Positions 8,297 through 16,414 of a DNA stretch of 64,000 nucleotides are shown piece by piece. Under the pieces are notes generated by a model. That model saw only the letters and a list, made by a program, of their open reading frames with translations. It searched no databases and was not told where the DNA came from. The translations under genes and the position numbers were made by a program. The stretch lies in the IMG/VR virus record IMGVR_UViG_3300025652_000002. The stretch is one strand, 5' to 3'. How positions within the stretch are numbered: the first letter of the stretch is position 1; each line of letters begins with the position of its first letter. The DNA comes from a virus.

Positions 8297-10489
8297 ATGA
8301 AAACAGCACTAGAACTGTTATGCGAAGACTTTGAATTTCGCCAACGATACCTGTTAGACAAAACGGGACAAAACGTGGACAAGCGCAAGAAATCTTGGAA
8401 GCTTTATGGTAAGGACGGTAAGGAAGCCATTGAGGCAACCTACGGACACATCCTTACCGCGTTAGAGAGTAACACCTCTCTGTCGGCCCTGACAGTAAAA
8501 ATGGGTGGAGTGATTAGTCGTCGTTTCAACTTGGACAGCGATGAGGTTGAGATGTCTCACCTCGGATGGTTCACCCTTGTCTCTTACTTTGAGATGGGCT
8601 ACCTTAAATACAAAGCAAAACACATAAAGAAGAGGAACGGAAAGAAGACAAAGTACCCAACCTACCACATCTATGTAACTAACACTGACGCAATTAACTC
8701 TCTCTTAGAGTCAGTAAATAGGGACAAAGTGGAACTATTTCCCTCGGCGGGACCTGTAGGTGATTGGGAAGAAGGGTTTCTTCACCCTATAACTAAGTAT
8801 CCTCTGATCAAGAACGCTTCAGAGGATACTATCCAAAAGGTAAAAAACCTTGAGTTGACCTACATTAAGGACACTCTCAACAAACTAAACAACACAGGCT
8901 GGCGTATTAACCAACCAGTATTCGAAGTGTTCAAGGCCAGTATGCACTGGGAAAAGACGCCTTTTAAGTTTTCAAGAGAGATCGATCCGGTAAAGAAAAC
9001 CTCTTTGCTAATTGAGATAAACGCTATCAAGGGGATAGCAGAAAGGCATAAAAATAACACATTCTACCACCTATACAACTTGGACTTTCGAGGAAGAATC
9101 TACCCTAACACAGCTTTCCTTCACGAGCAGTCCTCTGATAATGCCAAGGGCTTGCTTCTGCTTGAGGACTCCGTGCCGCTTGGAGAAGAAGGATACTACT
9201 GGCTCTGTGTCCACGCAGCCAACGTCTGGGGAAACGATAAAGTAGACCTAGATGATCGTGTAAAGTGGGTTCAGGACAACATAGACGATATACTACGCTG
9301 GGGTGCTCTTCCACAAGAGTTCCGTGGCTGGATGGAGGCTGATAAGCCTTTCTCTTTCCTTGCTGCCTGTGTTGAGATCAACATGTTGGATAGTTGGGTA
9401 CAGTCAGGTAACAACCCTCACGACTTCCCAAGCAACCTACCTGTTTACATTGACGGGTCAAACAATGGTGTTCAACACCTTGTTGCTATGTCTAAGGATG
9501 AGACTATTGCACCTTTGGTCAACCTAACTCCCTCAAAACTACCGGGAGATGTCTATCTTTACATTGCTGAAGCCGCCATGGCTAAAGTCAATGAAATGGT
9601 AAAAGCTTTAGACGAGGACGAGGTTGACAAGTTTGAGGGTCTTTTCTCTAAGTACGTTAGTCTTTTAAGGGTAATAGAAGCTGCCCCAGACAACTCTGAG
9701 AAGAAGGCTTTAGCTTGGAAGGCTATGCTTGAGTACAAGAACCACAACCACACCTTAAGGGAGAAGCTTTTTCCCGTCTACTGGTCCAAGATCAAAGACA
9801 AAAAGGTTTGGCGTAAAATGCTCAAGAGAAACGTCATGACCCTCGGTTACGGGGGTACACGTCAAGGTATGGGTGAACAAGTTGTAGAAGACACTCGTGG
9901 GATGAGTGACTACCTTAGAGACAAGGAACCCAAGTGGGGCTACATGCTTGGTAGTATGGTCTTTGACCTCTGCTATGAAAAGCTTGAGGGTCCCGCAAGG
10001 ATGCTCCAAATGTTTCAAGAGCTAGCTGTTAGGGAGAATGACCTTAATAGGCACCTGACTTACACCCTCCCTATAACTGGGTTCCCTTTCCAACACAACT
10101 ACAGGAAACCCAAAAGCAGAGATGTAAGCTTCTACTACGGGGAAGAGCGTATCCGTTTGACACTAAGTATCTGGCAGGAGGCCACCTTAGACAAACAGAA
10201 GCAGAAGACAGGTACAGCACCAAACATTGTACACAGCTTTGATGCTGTTCACCTAGCGAGTGTCGTCCATGATGCTCTCTACGTAATCACAGTTGTCCAT
10301 GATTCTTTTGGGTGCCATGCGGGTAACATGGGACAACTTTTCTACCACGTTAGAGAGAAGTTTATCGATCTTTACGAGTTGGAACCTTTAGAATATGTAA
10401 TGGCACAGTTAGATGCCTTAGACCTTATACCAGAGAAAGGGACATTGGATGTCACAAGAGTTCGATCTTCAGAGTTTTCATTCGCTTGA
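8297..10489 (+). CDS. T7-like single-subunit DNA-dependent RNA polymerase
   Basis: 730 aa. Motif C VVHDSFGC. Ends FSFA like T7 RNAP (FAFA). Overall T7 RNAP-like sequence. Confidence 0.9.
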   Translation: MKTALELLCEDFEFRQRYLLDKTGQNVDKRKKSWKLYGKDGKEAIEATYGHILTALESNTSLSALTVKMGGVISRRFNLDSDEVEMSHLGWFTLVSYFEMGYLKYKAKHIKKRNGKKTKYPTYHIYVTNTDAINSLLESVNRDKVELFPSAGPVGDWEEGFLHPITKYPLIKNASEDTIQKVKNLELTYIKDTLNKLNNTGWRINQPVFEVFKASMHWEKTPFKFSREIDPVKKTSLLIEINAIKGIAERHKNNTFYHLYNLDFRGRIYPNTAFLHEQSSDNAKGLLLLEDSVPLGEEGYYWLCVHAANVWGNDKVDLDDRVKWVQDNIDDILRWGALPQEFRGWMEADKPFSFLAACVEINMLDSWVQSGNNPHDFPSNLPVYIDGSNNGVQHLVAMSKDETIAPLVNLTPSKLPGDVYLYIAEAAMAKVNEMVKALDEDEVDKFEGLFSKYVSLLRVIEAAPDNSEKKALAWKAMLEYKNHNHTLREKLFPVYWSKIKDKKVWRKMLKRNVMTLGYGGTRQGMGEQVVEDTRGMSDYLRDKEPKWGYMLGSMVFDLCYEKLEGPARMLQMFQELAVRENDLNRHLTYTLPITGFPFQHNYRKPKSRDVSFYYGEERIRLTLSIWQEATLDKQKQKTGTAPNIVHSFDAVHLASVVHDALYVITVVHDSFGCHAGNMGQLFYHVREKFIDLYELEPLEYVMAQLDALDLIPEKGTLDVTRVRSSEFSFA

Positions 10490-10712
10490 GGAAGATGACG
10501 TGTTAATCTTAGACCCGATCGGGCTAGGAAACTCCGGTGGAGAATTCCTTGTCCACGAGAAATACCAAGGGCTGAACTTAGGGTCTGTAATCACAGGCTA
10601 TTTTTACCCCTTTGAAACAGGAAACCAGTACAAAAGTACAAGCTATTATGGAGAGATTATGGAAGAAGATTGGTACAAGATCAAAGAAGTAGTCCACAAG
10701 GTAGGAGCATAA
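10449..10712 (+). CDS. hypothetical protein
   Basis: ATG start. 41-nt overlap with the RNAP 3' end. Confidence 0.4.
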   Translation: MSQEFDLQSFHSLEEDDVLILDPIGLGNSGGEFLVHEKYQGLNLGSVITGYFYPFETGNQYKSTSYYGEIMEEDWYKIKEVVHKVGA

Positions 10713-10931
10713 ATGCAGGCTCAAACTACGGATGAACTAATCAAATACATGAACGAGGTAAATCGGCCTGTGCTTGTAATCTCAAAACCAGATTACGACG
10801 CAGAGCCAGAATTTCTTAGCGTTGAGTCCTTCGACGCAGAAGAAGAAGCATTTCAAGTACTTAACCCCGCTACAGGAGAGTGGGGTGAGTGGTATGTAAA
10901 TGATAAGTATCTCTATGATATCATTGTGTAA
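10713..10931 (+). CDS. hypothetical protein
   Basis: ATG immediately after the upstream stop. Confidence 0.45.
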   Translation: MQAQTTDELIKYMNEVNRPVLVISKPDYDAEPEFLSVESFDAEEEAFQVLNPATGEWGEWYVNDKYLYDIIV

Positions 10932-10954
10932 AAAATACTGCCGCCTAATGACCA
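10931..10954 (+). promoter_or_regulatory. candidate phage-RNAP promoter AAAAATACTGCCGCCTAATGACCA
   Basis: One of four intergenic copies of a conserved ~24-nt motif. Upstream of the SSB gene. Confidence 0.5.
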
Positions 10955-11014
10955 AGGCCAGTTGCCGACGCGGTCAAACAACAACAAAAATGAAAACAAA
11001 AGGAAAGCAAATTT

Positions 11015-11680
11015 ATGGCTGTAATTGAAAACGTAGAACTGTGGTGGGTAAAGTGTGATCCAGAGGATCCAGTAAAGAACGATGATGATGACAAACCAGA
11101 CTACTGGGAAGTCCAAGTTCGTACCACTGACAAAGAAAAGGCTCTACACTGGAAGAAGAATAATGTTCGTTTCAAACCTCTGAAGCGTATTGTTCGTGAT
11201 GACAAGGGCGAAAAAGTCCTAGATGAAATGAATGAGCCAGTTCGAGAGAACGTTCTAGATGAGGATACAGGTCTGCCTTACTTCGCAGTCACTCTTCGTC
11301 GCAAAGTCACAAAGGCTAACGGTAAGGAAATGCCCCCTGTTAGTGTTCGTGGTGGTATGGATACTCTTGATCCTAACATTATCGGTAACAAAACTATCGG
11401 TAACGTAAGTATCTTTCAGTACGACTACGTTTATAAGGGCGAGGAAGGTATTGCTACAATGCTAAAGGGCATTCAGGCAGTAAAACTCGTCAAGTTCGAG
11501 AAGACAGGTGGTGACGATGAGTTTAAACCTGTTGAAATGGAAATCGTTGGGGGTGGTAATATTGATGATATCAATGAGACTCCTTCTGCAAAGACCCCTG
11601 TTAAAGGGAAGTCTAAAGCGAAAGCTAAAGAAGAAGACTTCGACGATGACAATATGGACGACGAAATCCCTTTTAACTAA
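11015..11680 (+). CDS. putative ssDNA-binding protein (T7 gp2.5-like)
   Basis: 221 aa. Acidic C-terminal tail EEDFDDDNMDDEIPFN with an aromatic near the end. Positioned between RNAP and DNAP. Confidence 0.45.
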   Translation: MAVIENVELWWVKCDPEDPVKNDDDDKPDYWEVQVRTTDKEKALHWKKNNVRFKPLKRIVRDDKGEKVLDEMNEPVRENVLDEDTGLPYFAVTLRRKVTKANGKEMPPVSVRGGMDTLDPNIIGNKTIGNVSIFQYDYVYKGEEGIATMLKGIQAVKLVKFEKTGGDDEFKPVEMEIVGGGNIDDINETPSAKTPVKGKSKAKAKEEDFDDDNMDDEIPFN

Positions 11681-11692
11681 GGGAACTTGTCC

Positions 11693-11815
11693 ATGAGCAC
11701 CATTGAAAAATGGCGGCAGGTTCCTGATCTACCTATAAAAGCTTCGTCTTGGGGTAGAATCTGGAAAGAACCAAAAGAAGGCGTACCTCTCCCAAACGGA
11801 GGGGTGCGTCAGTAA
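11693..11815 (+). pseudogene. possible remnant of an HNH homing endonuclease (NUMOD4-like N-terminus only)
   Basis: MSTIEKWRQVPDLPIKASSWGRIWK resembles the NUMOD4 motif. The frame stops after 40 codons, with a similar coding-like frame continuing downstream. Confidence 0.3.
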
Positions 11816-11891
11816 ACCACCCAGACTTTATTGAATACTGTAAAAGTCGAACTGGGGAGTATAGCCCTTACCGAAAAGGGAAAGCACTAAT

Positions 11892-11920
11892 GGAGAACCT
11901 GTAATGGGTTCTCCTTTTTT
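11892..11920. terminator. rho-independent terminator
   Basis: ggagaacc-tgtaatg-ggttctcc followed by tttttt. Confidence 0.6.
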
Positions 11921-11942
11921 ATCATTTTAGGAATGAACAAGA

Positions 11943-12536
11943 ATGTATAAGAACGACTTACCAAAAATCAAGAAGTTTGTGCTCGAAGAAGGCATCAGCG
12001 GTATGGACCGTGTTTTCTACTTTATGTTGGGTTCTATCCGCGTAAAGTTTTTGACCCTCCCTTCAGTAACAGACTCGATCGTTAAAGAAGGTGCCCTCTC
12101 GCGCCATATTTGGGGCAACAAGGCTACGGCCTACAAAGACTACAACCGCTTAGACAAGATCAAGCTGTTTGAAGACGTGTTTGACCCAGCAAAGAGCACC
12201 ATAGATCTATCTCGTGAGCTAACGGATATCAGGGGCATCGGAGTCACCAAGTCGTCGTTCTTTCTGCAACTCTTGGGCAGAGACACTGCTTGCTTAGACG
12301 TACATAACCTCAAGAAGTTAGGGTTCCACCACAAGAAGTTTGCCAAGAAAGATATTGAGACCGCCAAGCAATACCACAAGACTGTAAACGAAAAGGGTGC
12401 AGCTTTCTGGTGGGATAGCTGGTGTGGAACAATCTTTGACGGTTATTCTGAATACTTCGAAAGCCCCGAACAGATTTCTAACCTCCACCTTGAAATCATT
12501 TCAGGTCAGGTTACTGACAACTTTAAGAAAGTATAA
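11943..12536 (+). CDS. hypothetical protein with HhH-GPD-like (DNA glycosylase superfamily) motif
   Basis: LTDIRGIGVTKSSFFLQLLGRDTACLDVHNLKKLG resembles the helix-hairpin-helix + VDTHV element. Confidence 0.35.
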   Translation: MYKNDLPKIKKFVLEEGISGMDRVFYFMLGSIRVKFLTLPSVTDSIVKEGALSRHIWGNKATAYKDYNRLDKIKLFEDVFDPAKSTIDLSRELTDIRGIGVTKSSFFLQLLGRDTACLDVHNLKKLGFHHKKFAKKDIETAKQYHKTVNEKGAAFWWDSWCGTIFDGYSEYFESPEQISNLHLEIISGQVTDNFKKV

Positions 12537-12541
12537 GTACA

Positions 12542-12757
12542 ATGACCAAAGTTTATCTAATCTACACTATGGGGGGAGAAGACCCTCTTTACACGACCTC
12601 TACCTTAGAGGTAGCTAACGAGGTAGTTGAACAACTACTTTTAGAAGACAACGAGCAACTTGGTTATCCTCTATCCTACTGGATAGTAGAACAACCCCTC
12701 GTTGAGAGTCTATCCGACACAGAATACACCCCCAAACTAGAGGACTTAACCCCATGA
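12542..12757 (+). CDS. small hypothetical protein (paralog of 12974-13180)
   Basis: YLIYTMGGEDPLYTTSTLEVANE vs ILVYRQGDEDPHFATTTPEIAQE. Confidence 0.45.
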   Translation: MTKVYLIYTMGGEDPLYTTSTLEVANEVVEQLLLEDNEQLGYPLSYWIVEQPLVESLSDTEYTPKLEDLTP

Positions 12758-12987
12758 AACCTAATTACAGTGAAGACCTACTCTATGAAGTCATGCTTAC
12801 TGAAATGAAAAACATAATTGAGTTCGAGGAGACAGAGGGTAACGACCCTTACGAAACAACCTACGAGAAGGCTATAATGATTGCCGCTGCGTACCGTATC
12901 CTGCGTCACTACACAAATGGCTCTGACTTCAAGGCTTTCTGCGAACTACGCCGCCTTGTACGGGAGAAACACTATGGCAACGACTAG
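12754..12987 (+). CDS. hypothetical protein
   Basis: ATGA overlap. Confidence 0.45.
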   Translation: MKPNYSEDLLYEVMLTEMKNIIEFEETEGNDPYETTYEKAIMIAAAYRILRHYTNGSDFKAFCELRRLVREKHYGND

Positions 12988-13180
12988 TATCATTCTTGTC
13001 TATCGGCAAGGTGATGAAGACCCACACTTTGCAACAACAACCCCAGAGATTGCTCAAGAGTGTTGTGACATACTTAACGCTGAAGAAAAAGAAAGTGGTT
13101 GGGCTGGTGCCTACGGACCCTTTGGGTGGGGTGCCTTAGAACTAATTGATTCAGTAGAAGACTTAGGGGGACTTATATAA
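12974..13180 (+). CDS. small hypothetical protein (paralog of 12542-12757)
   Basis: ATG at 12974 within the longer listed ORF. Sequence similarity to the upstream paralog. Confidence 0.4.
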   Translation: MATTSIILVYRQGDEDPHFATTTPEIAQECCDILNAEEKESGWAGAYGPFGWGALELIDSVEDLGGLI

Positions 13181-13431
13181 TGATGATCTCAGTCTGCAAG
13201 AACGTTATTGCAAGTAATAACAAAGCTGGCTGGCTCTTCCCTGAACCCGCTATTCGAGTCTCTACAACCAAGTCGGGGAAGGTAGTTCAGCGAGCACACA
13301 AGCTGGCTATCAAGGACAAAGACGGTAACATCGTTGCCACTATCTTGTCATCGACCGATGGAAACCCTGTCATCAAGTGTGGCGCTAAAGTCGCTATTGA
13401 TACGGTGTATGAAACAGAAGTATTGGAGTAA
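13180..13431 (+). CDS. hypothetical protein
   Basis: ATG start. Confidence 0.45.
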   Translation: MMISVCKNVIASNNKAGWLFPEPAIRVSTTKSGKVVQRAHKLAIKDKDGNIVATILSSTDGNPVIKCGAKVAIDTVYETEVLE

Positions 13432-13434
13432 ACT

Positions 13435-13641
13435 ATGGAAGAGTACCAAACAAGAACTCAGAGGCTTGTCTTTGTTGTCCTAAAGCAATACAAGTCTGGC
13501 TACCAAGAAGAAGTCATGCACTGTGCTTCTGCTGACTACGCACGAAGGTCTATCGAGGGCTTTGGTGGTGAAGGAGAGCATGAAGACTACCACGGCTGCT
13601 ATACCCTTCACTACTATGAGCGTTGGGAAGAAATCGAGTGA
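13435..13641 (+). CDS. hypothetical protein
   Basis: ATG start. Confidence 0.45.
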   Translation: MEEYQTRTQRLVFVVLKQYKSGYQEEVMHCASADYARRSIEGFGGEGEHEDYHGCYTLHYYERWEEIE

Positions 13642-14021
13642 AACAGTGTATCAACGAAGGTTGTGTTAACCCTGTTAAAAAGATATCCTTCTCAAAGTCT
13701 GGTTATGCAATAAAACACAACTTTTGTAACACTTGTATACAAACAAAGTCAAACTACGGCATAACTGTGCCTGAGAGAAATGCCCTTCTCGAAGAACAAT
13801 CAGGTACCTGTGCTTTGTGTGAAAAGGCCATAGAGTTCAAAGGTCAAACGAAAAAGGGTGACAGTAGTGAAGGTGTTGCGGTTGTTGACCACTGCCACGA
13901 CAAACAAGTTGTTAGAGGGATACTTTGTAGCAACTGTAACAGGGGTTTAGGTTTGTTTTATGAAAACAAAAACACACTTCTAAGAGCAATCAAATATTTG
14001 GAGAATACGGAAAATGACTAA
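13638..14021 (+). CDS. recombination endonuclease VII (T4 gp49-like)
   Basis: CALCEK...VVDHCHDKQVVRGILCSNCNRGLG matches the Endo VII Zn/H-N-H signature. Probable GTG start at 13638 overlapping the upstream TGA (the listed start at 13623 is TTG). Confidence 0.7.
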   Translation: MKQCINEGCVNPVKKISFSKSGYAIKHNFCNTCIQTKSNYGITVPERNALLEEQSGTCALCEKAIEFKGQTKKGDSSEGVAVVDHCHDKQVVRGILCSNCNRGLGLFYENKNTLLRAIKYLENTEND

Positions 14022-14466
14022 ATCTAAAGACCATGTGTATCTTTGCGGCCCGATGGAAGACGTATCAGTAGACCACATGACAAGCTGGCGGCGTCAGGCC
14101 TCTGAGCGATTTGATGCAGCAGGGATTGACAGCCTTGATCCAACGAGACGAGTATCCTTCCATGATCAACTTCAGGGTGTAGACCACCTACAAGAGGTTG
14201 TAAAGGGAATGAACATCTGCAAACGTATCTTCAAACAAGACCTTGAAGACATTGCCAACTCTAAGGTGATGCTTGTTGACGCTCGACGGTCGTCTGGCAA
14301 AGGAACCGGAACGGCTATGGAAGTCATGTTTGCTCACACAAAGAACAAGATCATTATCCTCTGGTGTGATGAAGATGATCACCCTCACCCGTTCTATGAG
14401 GCAATGTACTCAGAGAAACACTACAACCTTGAAGACGCTATTGAAGCTGTACTGGAGTACTTCTGA
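14014..14466 (+). CDS. nucleoside 2-deoxyribosyltransferase-like protein
   Basis: VYLCGPM near the N-terminus and GKGTGTAMEVMFA resemble PF05014-family motifs. Confidence 0.4.
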   Translation: MTKSKDHVYLCGPMEDVSVDHMTSWRRQASERFDAAGIDSLDPTRRVSFHDQLQGVDHLQEVVKGMNICKRIFKQDLEDIANSKVMLVDARRSSGKGTGTAMEVMFAHTKNKIIILWCDEDDHPHPFYEAMYSEKHYNLEDAIEAVLEYF

Positions 14467-14618
14467 TGATGTCACCTGAACGAGAGAAAGAGATTATAGC
14501 CGCTATCCGCCTTGTTGTTGAGGAACAGTCAGAGGGCGAGTGGGACGATTCAACTGTAGACTCTGATACTAACATGTTCTTCAACCAGCTTTGGGAGTAC
14601 TTTAGCGATGACAGTTAA
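14466..14618 (+). CDS. small acidic hypothetical protein (50 aa)
   Basis: ATGA overlap with the upstream gene. Fills an otherwise empty 140-nt gap. Confidence 0.25.
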   Translation: MMSPEREKEIIAAIRLVVEEQSEGEWDDSTVDSDTNMFFNQLWEYFSDDS

Positions 14619-14619
14619 G

Positions 14620-15051
14620 ATGAAAGACAACCGGATGGAAGATAGCTTTAAATCAAACGAAATGCGAGAGCTATACAAGAGTGTAATCAAGGAAGAAGGC
14701 TACATTGTTTACCACATCTTCTACGATGGCTTCTATGGTAGCCGTGACTGCCGTATGCCGGGACTCGGCTACGTTGGTTACACAAGCCTTCCAACAATTG
14801 AAGCTATTATGGAACGATACAGGATTGCGAAAAAGGAGATCGCTGCAGGGCTTGGTAAGCCGCGTATGGTCGATAAAATGATCAATCAGTGGGGCAAAAA
14901 GATTGGGTTCAAGGTCCTGTGTAAGGGTTTGACAGAAGCCTCTGCCCTCCAAGTTGAGGGTTTGCTTCGGCCACCTTGCCTCACTTACACCTACGATCGT
15001 TTTATCTGGAACACAAACCCCGGAGGGAAGATCTATGGGAAAGAGTCTTGA
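14620..15051 (+). CDS. hypothetical protein
   Basis: ATG at 14620 directly after the preceding stop. The listed ORF begins at 14608. Confidence 0.5.
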   Translation: MKDNRMEDSFKSNEMRELYKSVIKEEGYIVYHIFYDGFYGSRDCRMPGLGYVGYTSLPTIEAIMERYRIAKKEIAAGLGKPRMVDKMINQWGKKIGFKVLCKGLTEASALQVEGLLRPPCLTYTYDRFIWNTNPGGKIYGKES

Positions 15052-15220
15052 CGGACAAACTCTTGATGACCTGTTCGAAGAACGTGCAGCAATACTAGAG
15101 TACGATGCTGGCCGTAGTCGCTGGGAAGCCGAAACAATGGCGGCTCAGGCTTATGGTTTTAAAAATAAGTTCGACTTAAAACAAGAAGTACAGCGTAGAA
15201 AGGCTCAAAACAATGTATGA
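15035..15220 (+). CDS. small hypothetical protein
   Basis: ATG at 15035 inside the listed ORF 14954-15220. Confidence 0.35.
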   Translation: MGKSLDGQTLDDLFEERAAILEYDAGRSRWEAETMAAQAYGFKNKFDLKQEVQRRKAQNNV

Positions 15221-15578
15221 CCAAGTTGTAGAAGATATGATTGGCAAGGTACCAGAATCTATCACTGGAGCAGATAGAGACTCAGACTTACTTGAAATGA
15301 AGTTCAGTGATGGGAGTTCTATCTCCTTCTACCACAACCAAGACTGTTGTGAGAGTGTTGATATCAACGACGTTTACGGAGAGCTAAACGACTTGATCGG
15401 ACACCCAATTCTTGTTGCAGAAGAACGTTCCGAGGATGGGGATGAGTCCTATGAGTCTAGCACTTGGACCTTCTACACTTTCCGTAGCCTTGGTGGCACA
15501 CTAGAAATCCGGTGGTTGGGAACTTCCAATGGTTACTACTCAGAGAGTGTTACTTGGAGTTTCAAAAATGCAAAGTGA
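15213..15578 (+). CDS. hypothetical protein
   Basis: ATG start overlapping the upstream stop. Confidence 0.5.
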   Translation: MYDQVVEDMIGKVPESITGADRDSDLLEMKFSDGSSISFYHNQDCCESVDINDVYGELNDLIGHPILVAEERSEDGDESYESSTWTFYTFRSLGGTLEIRWLGTSNGYYSESVTWSFKNAK

Positions 15579-15690
15579 AGAAGAGGAGACTGTTTATGAT
15601 GAAGAACCCTGCTGTTGGTGTAACGACCAAGGGCCAGAAACAGAGGATGGTGAGAGCCACCCTTGCGCATTTTGTGGAGTAATGTCATGA
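15568..15690 (+). CDS. small zinc-ribbon protein (40 aa)
   Basis: Not in the ORF track. MQSEEEETVYDEEPCCWCNDQGPETEDGESHPCAFCGVMS with CxxC...CxxC. Confidence 0.3.
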   Translation: MQSEEEETVYDEEPCCWCNDQGPETEDGESHPCAFCGVMS

Positions 15691-15911
15691 ACAACCATCC
15701 AGCAAGTTTTGCTATGGGGTTTCTACTGGCGGTAATCGCCTTTAATGTATCTTTCAGTGTCGAAGAGAGTATCTGTCAAACAGACTATAACGTCGCTGAC
15801 TGTAGGTACACTTACATACCCTCTGGAAGCAACTTAACACTCACAGCACCCAATGAAATAACTTACGACTGGCCTATTGGAAGCTGGTACGGTAGAGAGG
15901 AACTTAAATGA
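15687..15911 (+). CDS. small secreted/membrane protein
   Basis: ATG 15687. Hydrophobic N-terminal segment. Confidence 0.4.
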   Translation: MNNHPASFAMGFLLAVIAFNVSFSVEESICQTDYNVADCRYTYIPSGSNLTLTAPNEITYDWPIGSWYGREELK

Positions 15912-16414
15912 CAGCAGATAATAAATTTCACGGTGACTTCAGCACCCTAACTGATGAAGAGAAAGACCTAGTCATCAACCCAAAGCACTATAAGATTCTT
16001 GGTGTTGAGGTGATGCAGCTGTTCCTCTATAAAGGTATGGAGTATATGGACATTATGAGGTACGCCCTGTCACGACATACAGGGGTTATTGCCCACGTCC
16101 TTGGTCAAGTCTTCAAGTATTCTTTCCGCTTAGGTGGGAAGGATGACGAACTACAAGACGCTACAAAGATTGCTTGGTACGGTAACCGTCTTGTTGAAGA
16201 GATCGAGTTCAAACGCGGTATCCGTAAAGAGGAACCTCGTGGTGACTTCCCAGAAGGGCTACTCTCAGATAGACAACGAGTCATTTCTCATCTTGAAGAA
16301 GCAGGTAGGCTTCTTGATAGACATGACGAAGTTAGAAGCCCAGACCTTGACGACGCGTTCGCTTTCATACAAAAAGCTAATAGTAAGATGGGCGACTTCG
16401 TAGGTGACTTTTAA
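15908..16414 (+). CDS. hypothetical protein
   Basis: ATGA overlap. Immediately upstream of DNAP. Confidence 0.5.
   Translation: MTADNKFHGDFSTLTDEEKDLVINPKHYKILGVEVMQLFLYKGMEYMDIMRYALSRHTGVIAHVLGQVFKYSFRLGGKDDELQDATKIAWYGNRLVEEIEFKRGIRKEEPRGDFPEGLLSDRQRVISHLEEAGRLLDRHDEVRSPDLDDAFAFIQKANSKMGDFVGDF

Noticed and set aside
10931-10954. Interpreting the conserved AAAAATACTGCCGCCTAATGA motif as a sigma70 promoter
   Set aside because: There is no -35/-10 pair with workable spacing. Conservation over 24 nt, intergenic placement after terminators, and the presence of phage RNAPs favour a phage-polymerase promoter.
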